A DNA stretch of 64,000 nt from an uncultured Planctomycetia bacterium. Its GTDB lineage: Bacteria; Omnitrophota; Gorgyraeia; CAYWPX01. The first letter of the stretch is position 1. Every line of letters begins with the position of its first letter. The notes below the pieces were generated by a model that did no database searches, was not told the origin of the DNA, and saw only the letters and a program-made list of their open reading frames with translations. Below are positions 18,337-26,821 of the stretch, one piece after another. A program made the position numbers and the translations under genes. The stretch spans positions 188,132 to 252,131 of the forward strand of contig CAYWPX010000001.1 in NCBI GenBank assembly GCA_964460615.1. The letters are read 5' to 3'.

Positions 18337-19053
18337 ATGATTGTTATAGAAGACCAAATAAAATTTTTAATAAAGCTTCATAATATGGATTATGAGATTT
18401 TTAAATTAAAGAATGACAAAATTGCTTTGCCGGCTGAAATAAATGTCCTGGAAAATGCTTTCAAAGAAAAAGAGGCGGTATCCAAAAGCGTTGATGATAA
18501 ATTGAAATCAGCTCTTCTTAAGCGTAAGGAGAAGGAAGTTGAACTTGAAGGGAAAGAGAACAGTATAAAAAAGCTTCAATCCCAATTGTCGCAGGTTAAG
18601 ACTAATAAGGAATATTCTTCAATTGAACATGAGATAGCTTCGATCAAAGCAGATAACTCAGTTTTAGAGGAAAATATAATAAAACTTTTTGATGAAATAG
18701 ACGCGTTAAAGGCCGAGCTTACCAAAGAAAAGGAAATTTTAAAGATAGAAGAGGGGAAGCTCAGCGCTGAGAAAAAGGTAGTTGATGATAAGATAAAAGA
18801 GATCGATTCTATGCTTTCTAAAAAAGAGGCTGAGAGAGCGGAATTGGCAAATAGTATCGATAAACAGCTATTGTCCAAATATGAGAGGATCCTCCGCAAT
18901 AAAGAAGATGGCATAGCAATGGTTGAAGTAAAAGGTAATGCCTGTCAGGGTTGTTTTATGAACATGCCTCCGCAGGTCATTAACGAGATCAGGATGAAGC
19001 AGAGCCTAGTTTTTTGTGAAAATTGTGCCAGGATATTGTACATTGAAGAATAG
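18337..19053 (+). CDS. C4-type zinc-ribbon coiled-coil protein (COG1579 / DUF164 family).
   Basis: 238 aa. Long coiled-coil (LKSALLKRKEKEVELEG..., IEHEIASIKAD...) and a C-terminal zinc ribbon CQGC...17 aa...CENC. Sitting directly upstream of RNase HI is a conserved arrangement. Confidence 0.75.
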   Translation: MIVIEDQIKFLIKLHNMDYEIFKLKNDKIALPAEINVLENAFKEKEAVSKSVDDKLKSALLKRKEKEVELEGKENSIKKLQSQLSQVKTNKEYSSIEHEIASIKADNSVLEENIIKLFDEIDALKAELTKEKEILKIEEGKLSAEKKVVDDKIKEIDSMLSKKEAERAELANSIDKQLLSKYERILRNKEDGIAMVEVKGNACQGCFMNMPPQVINEIRMKQSLVFCENCARILYIEE

Positions 19054-19477
19054 CCATAAGCATAAAGTTGTAATATATATTGATGGAGCCGCCAAAGGCA
19101 ATCCGGGTCCTGCCGGGATCGGCGCCCTTCTTAAAGATGAAAAAGGCGTGATCATTAGTGAGATATCCAAGTTTATAGGTGAAGCTACTAATAATATTGC
19201 TGAATATAGCGCTCTTTTAGAGGCCCTCAGAGAATCTATAAGCCTTGGTTTTAAATATATTGAGATAAGGTCTGATAGCGAGCTTTTGATCAAACAGTTA
19301 AAAGGTGAATATAAAGTAAAAAGCAGCAACCTTAGGTTTCTCTTTGAAAATGCGATCCTGCTTTTGAATAATTTCGAAAAGATTGAGGTTAATCATATCC
19401 CCAGAGAAGAGAATAAGGACGCGGATAGATTAGCCAATAAGGCTGTAAATCTATCAGGGTTTAATAAAATTTTCTAA
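19016..19477 (+). CDS. rnhA: Ribonuclease HI.
   Basis: RNase H type 1 pattern VVIYIDGAAKGNPGPAGIGALL...NNIAEYSALLEAL...IRSDSELLIKQ...NHIPREENKDADRLAN (DEDD catalytic residues). The true start may be the in-frame TTG at 19043 rather than the GTG at 19016, which overlaps the upstream gene. Confidence 0.8.
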   Translation: MKIVPGYCTLKNSHKHKVVIYIDGAAKGNPGPAGIGALLKDEKGVIISEISKFIGEATNNIAEYSALLEALRESISLGFKYIEIRSDSELLIKQLKGEYKVKSSNLRFLFENAILLLNNFEKIEVNHIPREENKDADRLANKAVNLSGFNKIF

Positions 19478-19487
19478 TAATTTTGCT

Positions 19488-19888
19488 CATTGGATGGATA
19501 AATTGGGTGGTTACTCCTAGTAATATAATGTTATTAGGAGAGGAAAGTCCGAGCTCCACAGAGTGGCATAGCGGCTAACGGCCGTCTTCTGCATTAAGCA
19601 GAAAGGATACCCTGTAATTATTCGGGGTGCTTGGCTTTTAAAAGCCTGGTAGAGCAACAGAGACGAGTGTTGCGTCATGCCTTCGGCATGTCGAAACAAG
19701 TGAAACGGGCAATCTCTATGCGGAGCAAGATCAAATAGGCCTTGATCTAGGAGCTACTCGTTCCTATCGTATTCGTGGATATCAAGGCGGGTAAGGTCGC
19801 TTGAGCCAGGCGGTAACGCCTGGACCAGATAGATTATCACCATCCTCAAAAAGGATACAGAACTCGGCTTATAGATTTATCCGTTCAA
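19488..19888 (+). ncRNA. rnpB: RNase P RNA (bacterial type).
   Basis: Conserved P4 strands GAGGAAAGTCCGAGCTCC (19538-19555) and ACAGAACTCGGCTTAT (19858-19873). These carry a compensatory CCGAG/CTCGG covariation relative to the usual CCGGG/CCCGG. A P1 helix is formed by ggataaat (about 19495) and atttatcc (about 19877). Confidence 0.85.
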
Positions 19889-20024
19889 TGAGCAATAATT
19901 GTATGAAATTGAATATTAGAGTTTTAATTTGTTTGCATAATTTTTTGATCAATTCCATATATCTAAATTGAAACTTTAGGCCATGATATACAAAACAAAC
20001 CTTATTATAAGATTTTGAAACCAA

Positions 20025-20052
20025 AACAACCCCTTAAAGGGTTGTTTTTTTT
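20025..20052 (+). terminator. Rho-independent terminator after rnpB.
   Basis: aacaaccc-cttaaa-gggttgtt followed by TTTTTT. It overlaps the ORF-track start at 20015, which is therefore rejected. Confidence 0.7.
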
Positions 20053-20065
20053 ATTCGGAACTTTT

Positions 20066-20797
20066 ATGAGAAGATTAAGAAAAAATAAAAGATACTATAT
20101 TTATCTTTTTATTCTTATCCTTATGTGTGTTTATGTTTTTTACGGGCTCATTCTTGAATTTGCAAAGAAACCCGTTAAAGTAAAGATAGTAAAGAGTTTT
20201 ATTTTTGATAATTTGAATTCTTTAAAAGAATGGGATGAAAAAATATTTAAAGGCAAAGTTGATTATAAAATTTTGCTGGGTAAAGATAATTTTATACAGG
20301 CAATAAGCAAAGGTACCTGTTCTGCCTTATATTATGAATTGAAGATGAGCGCTGATGACCCGAATATCCACCCGGTTCTTTCCTGGCAGTGGAACGCGAT
20401 CAAGTTTCCCAATAAGCCCGGGCCTGAAAAAATAGGAAAGAAAGAACATGATGATTATGCTGCAAGGATGTATGTAATTTTTCCGGCAGCTTTTTTTCTT
20501 AATTCAAAGGTACTTGAATATGTCTGGGCTGAAAATATTAAAGAAGGTGTTTCCGGCGATAGCCCTTTTTCCAAGAATATTAAACAAATAGTATTAAGGT
20601 CGGGGCATACTAAGGACGGGAAACTGGTGAAAGAAGAGAGGGACATTTACGAAGATTACATCAAAGAATTCGGGAACCCGCCCAAACTTAAAATAGGGGC
20701 TATAGCAATTATGACAGATTCGGATTCGACAAATTCCGAGGCGATAGGGGAGTATAAAGATATTGTAATAGGTTATAAGGAAGCTAATAAAAAATAA
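20066..20797 (+). CDS. Hypothetical membrane-anchored protein, possibly DUF3047-like.
   Basis: Start moved to the ATG at 20066 (MRRLRKNKRYYIYLFILILMCVYVFYGLIL), downstream of the terminator. One N-terminal TM, then a domain with conserved-looking W/F/DDYA motifs. The family name is from memory only. Confidence 0.5.
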   Translation: MRRLRKNKRYYIYLFILILMCVYVFYGLILEFAKKPVKVKIVKSFIFDNLNSLKEWDEKIFKGKVDYKILLGKDNFIQAISKGTCSALYYELKMSADDPNIHPVLSWQWNAIKFPNKPGPEKIGKKEHDDYAARMYVIFPAAFFLNSKVLEYVWAENIKEGVSGDSPFSKNIKQIVLRSGHTKDGKLVKEERDIYEDYIKEFGNPPKLKIGAIAIMTDSDSTNSEAIGEYKDIVIGYKEANKK

Positions 20798-20816
20798 CTT
20801 TAAGGAGAGTGCTAAA

Positions 20817-21230
20817 ATGAGAAAAATATATCTTATTAAACACGCTTTGCAGTACAGATATCTGAGCATTATCATAGCTTCTATAGTTTTGCCGACGGTT
20901 CTTGTCGGCGGTTGTCTTTATTATCTCATATTTACGGTTATGGCTAAAAGGATCGGTATACCTGAATTCATTGAAGCAACTTTAGTTCCTGTTATTAACC
21001 AGGTTAATCTTATTGTTGCGATAGGTTTTCCAATACTATTTTTTGGTTTGGTTTGGTGGGGCTTGATCCTGTCCCACAAATTGGCAGGTCCGATAGAAAG
21101 ACTTGAAAAAGAGCTTGATCAGATAATAGAAGAGAAGCATCATAAAAATAAAATACATCTGAGAACCGGTGATGATCTAAAACCCATCGCCGACAAGATA
21201 AATAAATTGCTGGAAAAGTATAAAAAATAA
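20817..21230 (+). CDS. Hypothetical membrane protein with two TM segments and a C-terminal coiled-coil.
   Basis: 137 aa, Shine-Dalgarno aaggagag. TM helices SIIIASIVLPTVLVGGCLYYLIF and IVAIGFPILFFGLVWWGLIL, then PIERLEKELDQIIEEK. Confidence 0.5.
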   Translation: MRKIYLIKHALQYRYLSIIIASIVLPTVLVGGCLYYLIFTVMAKRIGIPEFIEATLVPVINQVNLIVAIGFPILFFGLVWWGLILSHKLAGPIERLEKELDQIIEEKHHKNKIHLRTGDDLKPIADKINKLLEKYKK

Positions 21231-21335
21231 AACCTATGAATTCTTGTTTGTTTTTGAGGCATAGGACTATATTAATCCCGGAGGCATTTTGGTAAAGTAA
21301 ATTATTGCTTAAGTTTTGGAAATTGTTTAAAAAAA

Positions 21336-21368
21336 AGCTGAAAAATTCATGTTTTTCAGCTTTTTTTA
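21336..21368 (+). terminator. Rho-independent terminator.
   Basis: agctgaaaaa-ttcatg-tttttcagct (10-bp stem) followed by TTTTTTT. An A-run precedes it, so it could work in both directions. Confidence 0.75.
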
Positions 21369-21478
21369 TTTATACCATATATTGTTCAGAAAATTGTTTT
21401 AACCACTTTATCTAGTGGCTTTTTAGGACTTTCATTAAAAGTTTTTAAAAAATGTTTAAAAAGTAGCGCAGGATACCC

Positions 21479-21507
21479 TTGACAATATTTTTTTCGTGAT
21501 GTATACT
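21479..21507 (+). promoter_or_regulatory. Consensus sigma-70 promoter of the mraZ/dcw operon (Pmra).
   Basis: TTGACA (21479-21484), an exactly 17-nt spacer, then TATACT (21502-21507). It lies about 40 nt upstream of the mraZ start. Confidence 0.7.
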
Positions 21508-21514
21508 TGCATCA

Positions 21515-21540
21515 AAGTGGTGGGAAGTGGTTTAAAGTGG
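21515..21540 (+). promoter_or_regulatory. Putative MraZ operator: three direct AAGTGG repeats with a 10-bp period in the mraZ leader.
   Basis: aaagtgg tgg gaagtgg ttt aaagtgg. GTGG occurs at 21517, 21527 and 21537. This matches the AAAGTG[T/G]-N3 MraZ box of Mollicutes and resembles the GTGGG/TGGGN direct repeats of E. coli and Bacillus. Confidence 0.55.
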
Positions 21541-21548
21541 AGAGACAT

Positions 21549-21989
21549 ATGTTTTACGGTGAATATGAACATAGCTTAGATAAAAAGGGAAGATTGATCG
21601 TTCCCTCGAGATTCCGCGAGATAGCGAAGAATCATTTTATTGAGAAGTTCTATGTTAATCGCGGGCTTGATAAATGTTTATTTATGTTCACCGAAGAAGA
21701 ATGGAAAAATCAGGAGGCTAAGCTCAAAGCTCTGTCGTTTACAAAATCCGACGCCAGAAAATTTAATAGATTGTATTTTTCCGGGGCCAGTGAAGTCGTT
21801 CCTGACGGACAAGGCAGGATACTTATACCGAAGAATTTGAAGGAATTTGCCGGGATAAAAAAGGATGTGGTTTTAGTCGGCGTGTCCAATATGATAGAGA
21901 TCTGGGATAGTATAGTTTGGAAGGATTTTTATAATTCCAATAAAGTTGCATATGAAGAGATAGCTGAAAAAATAATGGATAATCAATAA
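21549..21989 (+). CDS. mraZ: Transcriptional regulator MraZ.
   Basis: Start placed at the ATG at 21549 (MFYGEYEHSLDKKGRLIVPSRFRE) with GGAGAG upstream. The ORF-track start at 21507 lies inside the promoter. Two MraZ/SpoVT-AbrB repeats (DKKGRLIVP... and DGQGRILIP...). Confidence 0.9.
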   Translation: MFYGEYEHSLDKKGRLIVPSRFREIAKNHFIEKFYVNRGLDKCLFMFTEEEWKNQEAKLKALSFTKSDARKFNRLYFSGASEVVPDGQGRILIPKNLKEFAGIKKDVVLVGVSNMIEIWDSIVWKDFYNSNKVAYEEIAEKIMDNQ

Positions 21990-22040
21990 CATAAATCTTA
22001 AACAATGTACCCCCAATTTTGTTTGAGAGGAGGTGGGTAA

Positions 22041-22221
22041 GATGACTATAAGGCTGCTTTCTTCCAAGAAAAAGGAATCGGACATAATTAATGCCGATGT
22101 ATTGATAGAAAGGCTTAAAAAGGCAAGAGCGCTGAATAGGGGGCTAGAGGCAATATGTTTGTCTCATTTTAAATGCAGGAATTTCTTGGTATCTAAAAAT
22201 GGTTCATCTGGCAGGTTCTAA
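22041..22221 (+). CDS. Small basic hypothetical protein encoded between mraZ and rsmH.
   Basis: 60 aa (MTIRLLSSKKKESDIINADVLIERLKKARALNRGL...). Strong Shine-Dalgarno GGAGGTGG 6 nt upstream. Its stop overlaps the rsmH start (TAAATG). No family recognised. Confidence 0.35.
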
Positions 22222-23121
22222 ATGAATGACGTTCTTTTAAAGCACCAGGCTGTAATGCCCGGAGAGATTCTGGATTATCTGAATCTATCCCCAGGAAAGA
22301 AAATTTTGGATTGCACGGTAGGAACAGGCGGCCATGCAAAATTAATTCTCCCAAAAATTCTTCCGGGCGGCTATCTAGTGGGGATAGATTATGATAATGA
22401 TACCATAAGAATAGCCGAAGATAATCTAAAGGAATTCCAGGGCAATTTCAAGCTGGTAAAAGACAATTTTAAAAATCTGGATTCAGTTTTAAAAAACCTG
22501 AATTTGGAAAAAGTGGACGGGGTGATAATGGATCTGGGAATATCAAGTTGGCAGCTTAATGACGCAAATAGGGGCTTGAGTTTTATGGTTGACGGGCCCC
22601 TGGATATGAGGGTAGATAAGAACCTCTCATTAAGCGCTAAAGATTATATAAATTCCGCCAGCTTTGAGAAACTAGACAAGATCATTGATCTTTACGGTGA
22701 GGAGCCATTTCATAGAAGAATAGCCAATAGGATAATAGAGGCAAGGCAAAAGGCCCAGATCACCACTACTAAAGAGCTTGAAGAAATAATATTCAAAGCG
22801 GTTCCGTATTCTTATAAGTTCAGAAAGACTCATCCGGCTACAAAGACTTTTATGGCATTAAGGATAGCCGTAAATAATGAGCTTGAGAACTTAGAGGAGT
22901 CGCTAACAAAGGTTTTTGGATTTATGAGTTTACTATCAAGAATATGTGTGATATCATTTCATTCTTTAGAAGATAGAATTGTAAAAAACAGATTTAAAGA
23001 GTTAAAACTTCAAAATATAATCAAAATAATTACAAAAAAACCAGTTACTCCCACAGAAGTCGAGATAGACAATAATTCGCGCTCAAGGAGCGCCAAATTG
23101 AGAGTTGCTGAAAAGATTTAA
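22222..23121 (+). CDS. rsmH: 16S rRNA (cytosine1402-N4)-methyltransferase RsmH (MraW).
   Basis: 299 aa. DCTVGTGGH SAM-binding motif, DLGISSWQL, FHSLEDRIVK. Confidence 0.95.
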   Translation: MNDVLLKHQAVMPGEILDYLNLSPGKKILDCTVGTGGHAKLILPKILPGGYLVGIDYDNDTIRIAEDNLKEFQGNFKLVKDNFKNLDSVLKNLNLEKVDGVIMDLGISSWQLNDANRGLSFMVDGPLDMRVDKNLSLSAKDYINSASFEKLDKIIDLYGEEPFHRRIANRIIEARQKAQITTTKELEEIIFKAVPYSYKFRKTHPATKTFMALRIAVNNELENLEESLTKVFGFMSLLSRICVISFHSLEDRIVKNRFKELKLQNIIKIITKKPVTPTEVEIDNNSRSRSAKLRVAEKI

Positions 23122-23135
23122 AAGGATATATATAA

Positions 23136-23501
23136 ATGGGATCGTTCAAAACCGCACTAATTATAGTAATGATAATGCTTGCGTCTCTATTTTATGTGCA
23201 TTCACAAGTAGAGACCACTAAGCTTGGATATTTGGTTAAGAAAAACCAAAAAAGAATTTCCACGCTTATTGACGAGAATAGAGTATTGATGTATAATGTA
23301 ACTAGCCTTCGTTCCCCGGCTTTATTAGGTAAAAATCTTACTGCAAAAAAGGCTGATTATTATATGCCAAAACAGACCATTATTGTTAAAGCCAATAGCA
23401 GTAAGCCTAAAGATGTGATGTTCGCCAAGTCCACAAATTTCAGGAAAGGATTTTTAGCGATATTTGAACCTAAGCGGGAAGCGCAAGCCGAAGAACGATA
23501 A
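23136..23501 (+). CDS. ftsL: Cell division protein FtsL-like.
   Basis: 121 aa, bitopic (ALIIVMIMLASLFYV), with a short coiled-coil. The position between rsmH and ftsI is canonical. Confidence 0.6.
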   Translation: MGSFKTALIIVMIMLASLFYVHSQVETTKLGYLVKKNQKRISTLIDENRVLMYNVTSLRSPALLGKNLTAKKADYYMPKQTIIVKANSSKPKDVMFAKSTNFRKGFLAIFEPKREAQAEER

Positions 23502-23589
23502 ACTTAGATTGATAGTACTGATTCAGCACAAAAAAAGCAAACTACAAGGGTTCTTTAGTGGGAACCCTTTTTTAAAATAAATCAAAATA

Positions 23590-25320
23590 GTGTATAGCCA
23601 AATAAATAAATCCCGGCTTTTCGTAGCGTTCATAATATTTTCATTTTGTTTGGTCCTCTTATTTATCAAGCTTTTTTATCTTCAGGTAATTCAATTCAAG
23701 AAATTCTCCAAGATCGCCCAAGAACAGCACAATGTCCTTATAGACCTCGAACCAAGAAGAGGGACCATTTATGACAGGAATATGAGAAAGCTTGCTTTCA
23801 ATATCTCCGTTGATTCGGTCTATTCAAATTCCAGAGAAGTTAAGAATAAGAAAGAGGTAGCGGATAAATTATCTCAAATACTTTTGATCGATAAAAATCT
23901 GCTATTAGAAAAGCTGAATAAGGACAAAGCCTTTGTCTGGATATCAAGAAAAATCTCCGACGAGGCTTCCAAAAAGATCAAGGCAGAAAAATTTAAAGGT
24001 ATAGAGCTTATAAAAGAATCTAAACGCTGCTATCCTAATAAAGAGATGGCCTCGCAGCTTATCGGCTTTGCAGGTTTGGATAACAAAGGACTGGAAGGGT
24101 TAGAATCTTATCTGGATAATTACCTTCGGGGGAAAGACGGGTATAAGGTGTCTTTTCGCGATGCAAAGGGAAGAGAGGTCATGAACGACGGGACCAAAGT
24201 GCTTTTGCCTGTTAACGGTCTGAACGTGGTCCTTACCATAGATGAGATAATCCAGAATATTACTGAGACTGCGCTTAAAAAGCAATTTGTTAAATCCCGC
24301 GCTAACGGTGCCATGGCGATCGTTATGGACCCGCATACCGGTGAGATATTAGCCATTGCGAATGAACCTACCTATGATCTGAATAAATTTAAGACCTCAA
24401 TCCCCGAGACAAGGCGGAATAGGTGCATAACGGACTTTTATGAGCCTGGCAGTGTTTTTAAGATTGTGACCGCTTCTGCCCTTATGGAAAAAAAGGCGAT
24501 AAGGCTGAATGACATGATCAATTGTGAGAACGGGGAATATAGAATTGCCGGCCATATACTGCATGATGCCCATCCCCACGGGATACTGACCTTTAAGGAG
24601 GTAATAGAGGTCTCAAGTAATATCGGTACAGTCAAGGCCGCATCCAGGCTCTCACAGAAGGATATGTATGATTTTGCAAAAGCTTTTGGGTTTAATTCAT
24701 TAAGCGGAGTAGAGATGCCCGGCGAAGTCCAGGGTATCCTCAGACCGGTAAATAAATGGTCCAAGACGTCAATGACTGCTATCCCAATGGGCCAGGAAGT
24801 AACTGTAACTGCCCTGCAGCTGGTTGATTGTATCTCCGCTATTGCAAATGGCGGAACATTGATGAAGCCGATGATACTAAAGTTAATAATAGATGAGGAT
24901 GGGGAAATTCTTCATAAATTTGAACCGAAAAAAATTAGGCCTGTCATATCTAAAGAGACCTCTGATATAATGATCGATATACTTAGTGGTGTTGTAGAAA
25001 AGGGCACCGGCAAAAAAGCAAGGCTTAGTGAATATACTTCTGCAGGGAAGACAGGCACAGCGCAAAAGGTTGACCCTGCCGGAGGATTTTCACATTCTAA
25101 ATATGTAGGGACATTTGTCGGGTTTGCGCCTGTGAATAATCCAAGGATCGCTATATCGGTGTCCATAGATGAGCCAAAAGGAGCGATCTATTATGGCGGC
25201 GATGTAGCTGCGCCTGTTTTTAAGGAGATTGCCGATCAGGTCCTTAGATACCTAAGAGTGGCACCTGATAAAATAAATGAAAAGGAGTCAGTTGTATACA
25301 AAACAGATATCTATGACTAA
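23590..25320 (+). CDS. ftsI: Peptidoglycan D,D-transpeptidase FtsI (class B PBP).
   Basis: 576 aa, GTG start. N-terminal TM. Transpeptidase motifs SVFK (PGSVFKIV), SSN (VSSNIG), KTGT (GKTGTAQ). Confidence 0.9.
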   Translation: MYSQINKSRLFVAFIIFSFCLVLLFIKLFYLQVIQFKKFSKIAQEQHNVLIDLEPRRGTIYDRNMRKLAFNISVDSVYSNSREVKNKKEVADKLSQILLIDKNLLLEKLNKDKAFVWISRKISDEASKKIKAEKFKGIELIKESKRCYPNKEMASQLIGFAGLDNKGLEGLESYLDNYLRGKDGYKVSFRDAKGREVMNDGTKVLLPVNGLNVVLTIDEIIQNITETALKKQFVKSRANGAMAIVMDPHTGEILAIANEPTYDLNKFKTSIPETRRNRCITDFYEPGSVFKIVTASALMEKKAIRLNDMINCENGEYRIAGHILHDAHPHGILTFKEVIEVSSNIGTVKAASRLSQKDMYDFAKAFGFNSLSGVEMPGEVQGILRPVNKWSKTSMTAIPMGQEVTVTALQLVDCISAIANGGTLMKPMILKLIIDEDGEILHKFEPKKIRPVISKETSDIMIDILSGVVEKGTGKKARLSEYTSAGKTGTAQKVDPAGGFSHSKYVGTFVGFAPVNNPRIAISVSIDEPKGAIYYGGDVAAPVFKEIADQVLRYLRVAPDKINEKESVVYKTDIYD

Positions 25321-26815
25321 GGAAACTAAAATCAAAATCGAAGATTTAATCAAAGATTATAACTGCAAGGCACAGCTGGATCTTATCTCGGGGACTGAGA
25401 TCTCCGGATTATCCTGTAATTCCATGAGAGTGAAGGCAGGCGATGTGTTTTTTGCTATTTCCGGAGAGACTGTAGATGGCCATGATTATGCCATTGAAGC
25501 GGTTAAAAAGGGAGCGTTATTTGTGGTCATTGAAAAAGAGATCAGGGATATCGCCCCGTCAAAAAAGATATTTGTTAAAAACTCTAAGGATGCCCTCGTT
25601 AATTTTGCAAACAGGTACTATGATTTTCCATCAAGATCCTTAAGGGTTATCGGTGTAACAGGCACAAATGGTAAGACCACCGTTTCAAGCTTGATAGAGA
25701 ATGCCCTAAATTATAAAAAAAATAATTGCGGGCTTATAGGGACGATCAATTATAAGATCAATGATAAGACCTATAATTCGGTAAATACTACGCCTGGCTC
25801 AATGGAATTAATCGAACTTTTTAGCCAAATGCGAAGCGAAGGGCTTAAATATGCATCAATGGAAGTATCAAGTCATGCGCTTCACCAGGAAAGGTTGAAA
25901 GGTATTGATTTTAGAACAGCAATCCTTACGAATATCACAGGTGATCATCTTGATTACCATAAAACTTTTGATAATTATCTTAAGGCTAAACTTAAGCTAT
26001 TTTCATCTCTTGGAAAGAATTCAAATGCAGTTATCAATATTGACGATAAATATTCCGGCGAATTTATTTCTTCTACCAGAGCCAAAGTTATAACTTATGG
26101 CATAAAAAAACAGGCCGATATATTTGCCAGGTCCATTAATTCGTCACTTGACGGCTCAAGTTTTAGTGTGGATACACCTAAAGGCAGCATAGACATAAAT
26201 ACTCATCTTGTAGGGACTCATAATGTTTACAATTTGCTAGCGGCTATCTCAGCATTATTCCTTGAAAATTTGGAATTGGACCAGATTAAAATAGGCATAG
26301 AGTCCCTTGGTTTTGTTGAGGGAAGACTGGAAAAGGTAAAGGGGTTGAAAGGTTTTACCTGTTTTATTGATTTTGCCCACACACACGACGCTATTACCAA
26401 TATCCTTACATCTTTGAGGCCTTTAACTATCAGAAGGCTTATGATTGTTTTTGGCTGCGGCGGAGATAGGGACAAGTCGAAACGTGCTAAAATGGGCAAA
26501 GCCGCGTCAATGTTAAGTGATTATTTTATTATTACTAATGATAACCCGCGCTCCGAGAACCCGGAAGATATTGCTAAGGATATCATGAAGGGGATCAAGA
26601 AGAATTGCGGTTCATTTGAAGTGATCCTGGATAGAGAAAGCGCTATTGAGAAGATCATGACCATAGCCCAGGAAGGCGACGTAGTCGTGATAGCAGGCAA
26701 GGGGCATGAAAATTATCAGATATTCTGTGACAGGACCGTAGAATTCAGCGATAAGGCTGTTGTAGAAAAATATTTGAAACACAAAATTTCATGTAAGCTG
26801 GCTGAAATTACATAA
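25313..26815 (+). CDS. murE: UDP-N-acetylmuramoyl-L-alanyl-D-glutamate--2,6-diaminopimelate ligase MurE.
   Basis: Start at the ATG at 25313 (MTKETKIK), overlapping the ftsI stop. Mur ligase P-loop GVTGTNGKTT. DNPR motif (ITNDNPRSE), indicating meso-DAP type. Confidence 0.9.
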   Translation: MTKETKIKIEDLIKDYNCKAQLDLISGTEISGLSCNSMRVKAGDVFFAISGETVDGHDYAIEAVKKGALFVVIEKEIRDIAPSKKIFVKNSKDALVNFANRYYDFPSRSLRVIGVTGTNGKTTVSSLIENALNYKKNNCGLIGTINYKINDKTYNSVNTTPGSMELIELFSQMRSEGLKYASMEVSSHALHQERLKGIDFRTAILTNITGDHLDYHKTFDNYLKAKLKLFSSLGKNSNAVINIDDKYSGEFISSTRAKVITYGIKKQADIFARSINSSLDGSSFSVDTPKGSIDINTHLVGTHNVYNLLAAISALFLENLELDQIKIGIESLGFVEGRLEKVKGLKGFTCFIDFAHTHDAITNILTSLRPLTIRRLMIVFGCGGDRDKSKRAKMGKAASMLSDYFIITNDNPRSENPEDIAKDIMKGIKKNCGSFEVILDRESAIEKIMTIAQEGDVVVIAGKGHENYQIFCDRTVEFSDKAVVEKYLKHKISCKLAEIT

Positions 26816-26821
26816 ATATAA

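Noticed and set aside
19517-19699. 60-aa minus-strand ORF.
   Set aside because: It lies entirely inside the RNase P RNA gene, opposite the conserved P4 region.
20015-20065. ORF-track N-terminal extension (MKPKQPLKGLFFLFGTF) of the 20015 ORF.
   Set aside because: These codons are the stem-loop and T-run of the rnpB terminator (aacaacccc ttaaa ggggttgtttttttt). The real start is the ATG at 20066.
21507-21548. ORF-track start of mraZ at 21507 (MHQSGGKWFKVERH...).
   Set aside because: It begins inside the -10 element and runs through the AAGTGG operator repeats. The conserved MraZ N-terminus (MFYGEYEHSLDKKGRL) with a GGAGAG Shine-Dalgarno starts at 21549.
21640-21840. 66-aa plus-strand ORF in an alternative frame.
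   Set aside because: It is nested inside mraZ in a different frame and has no Shine-Dalgarno.
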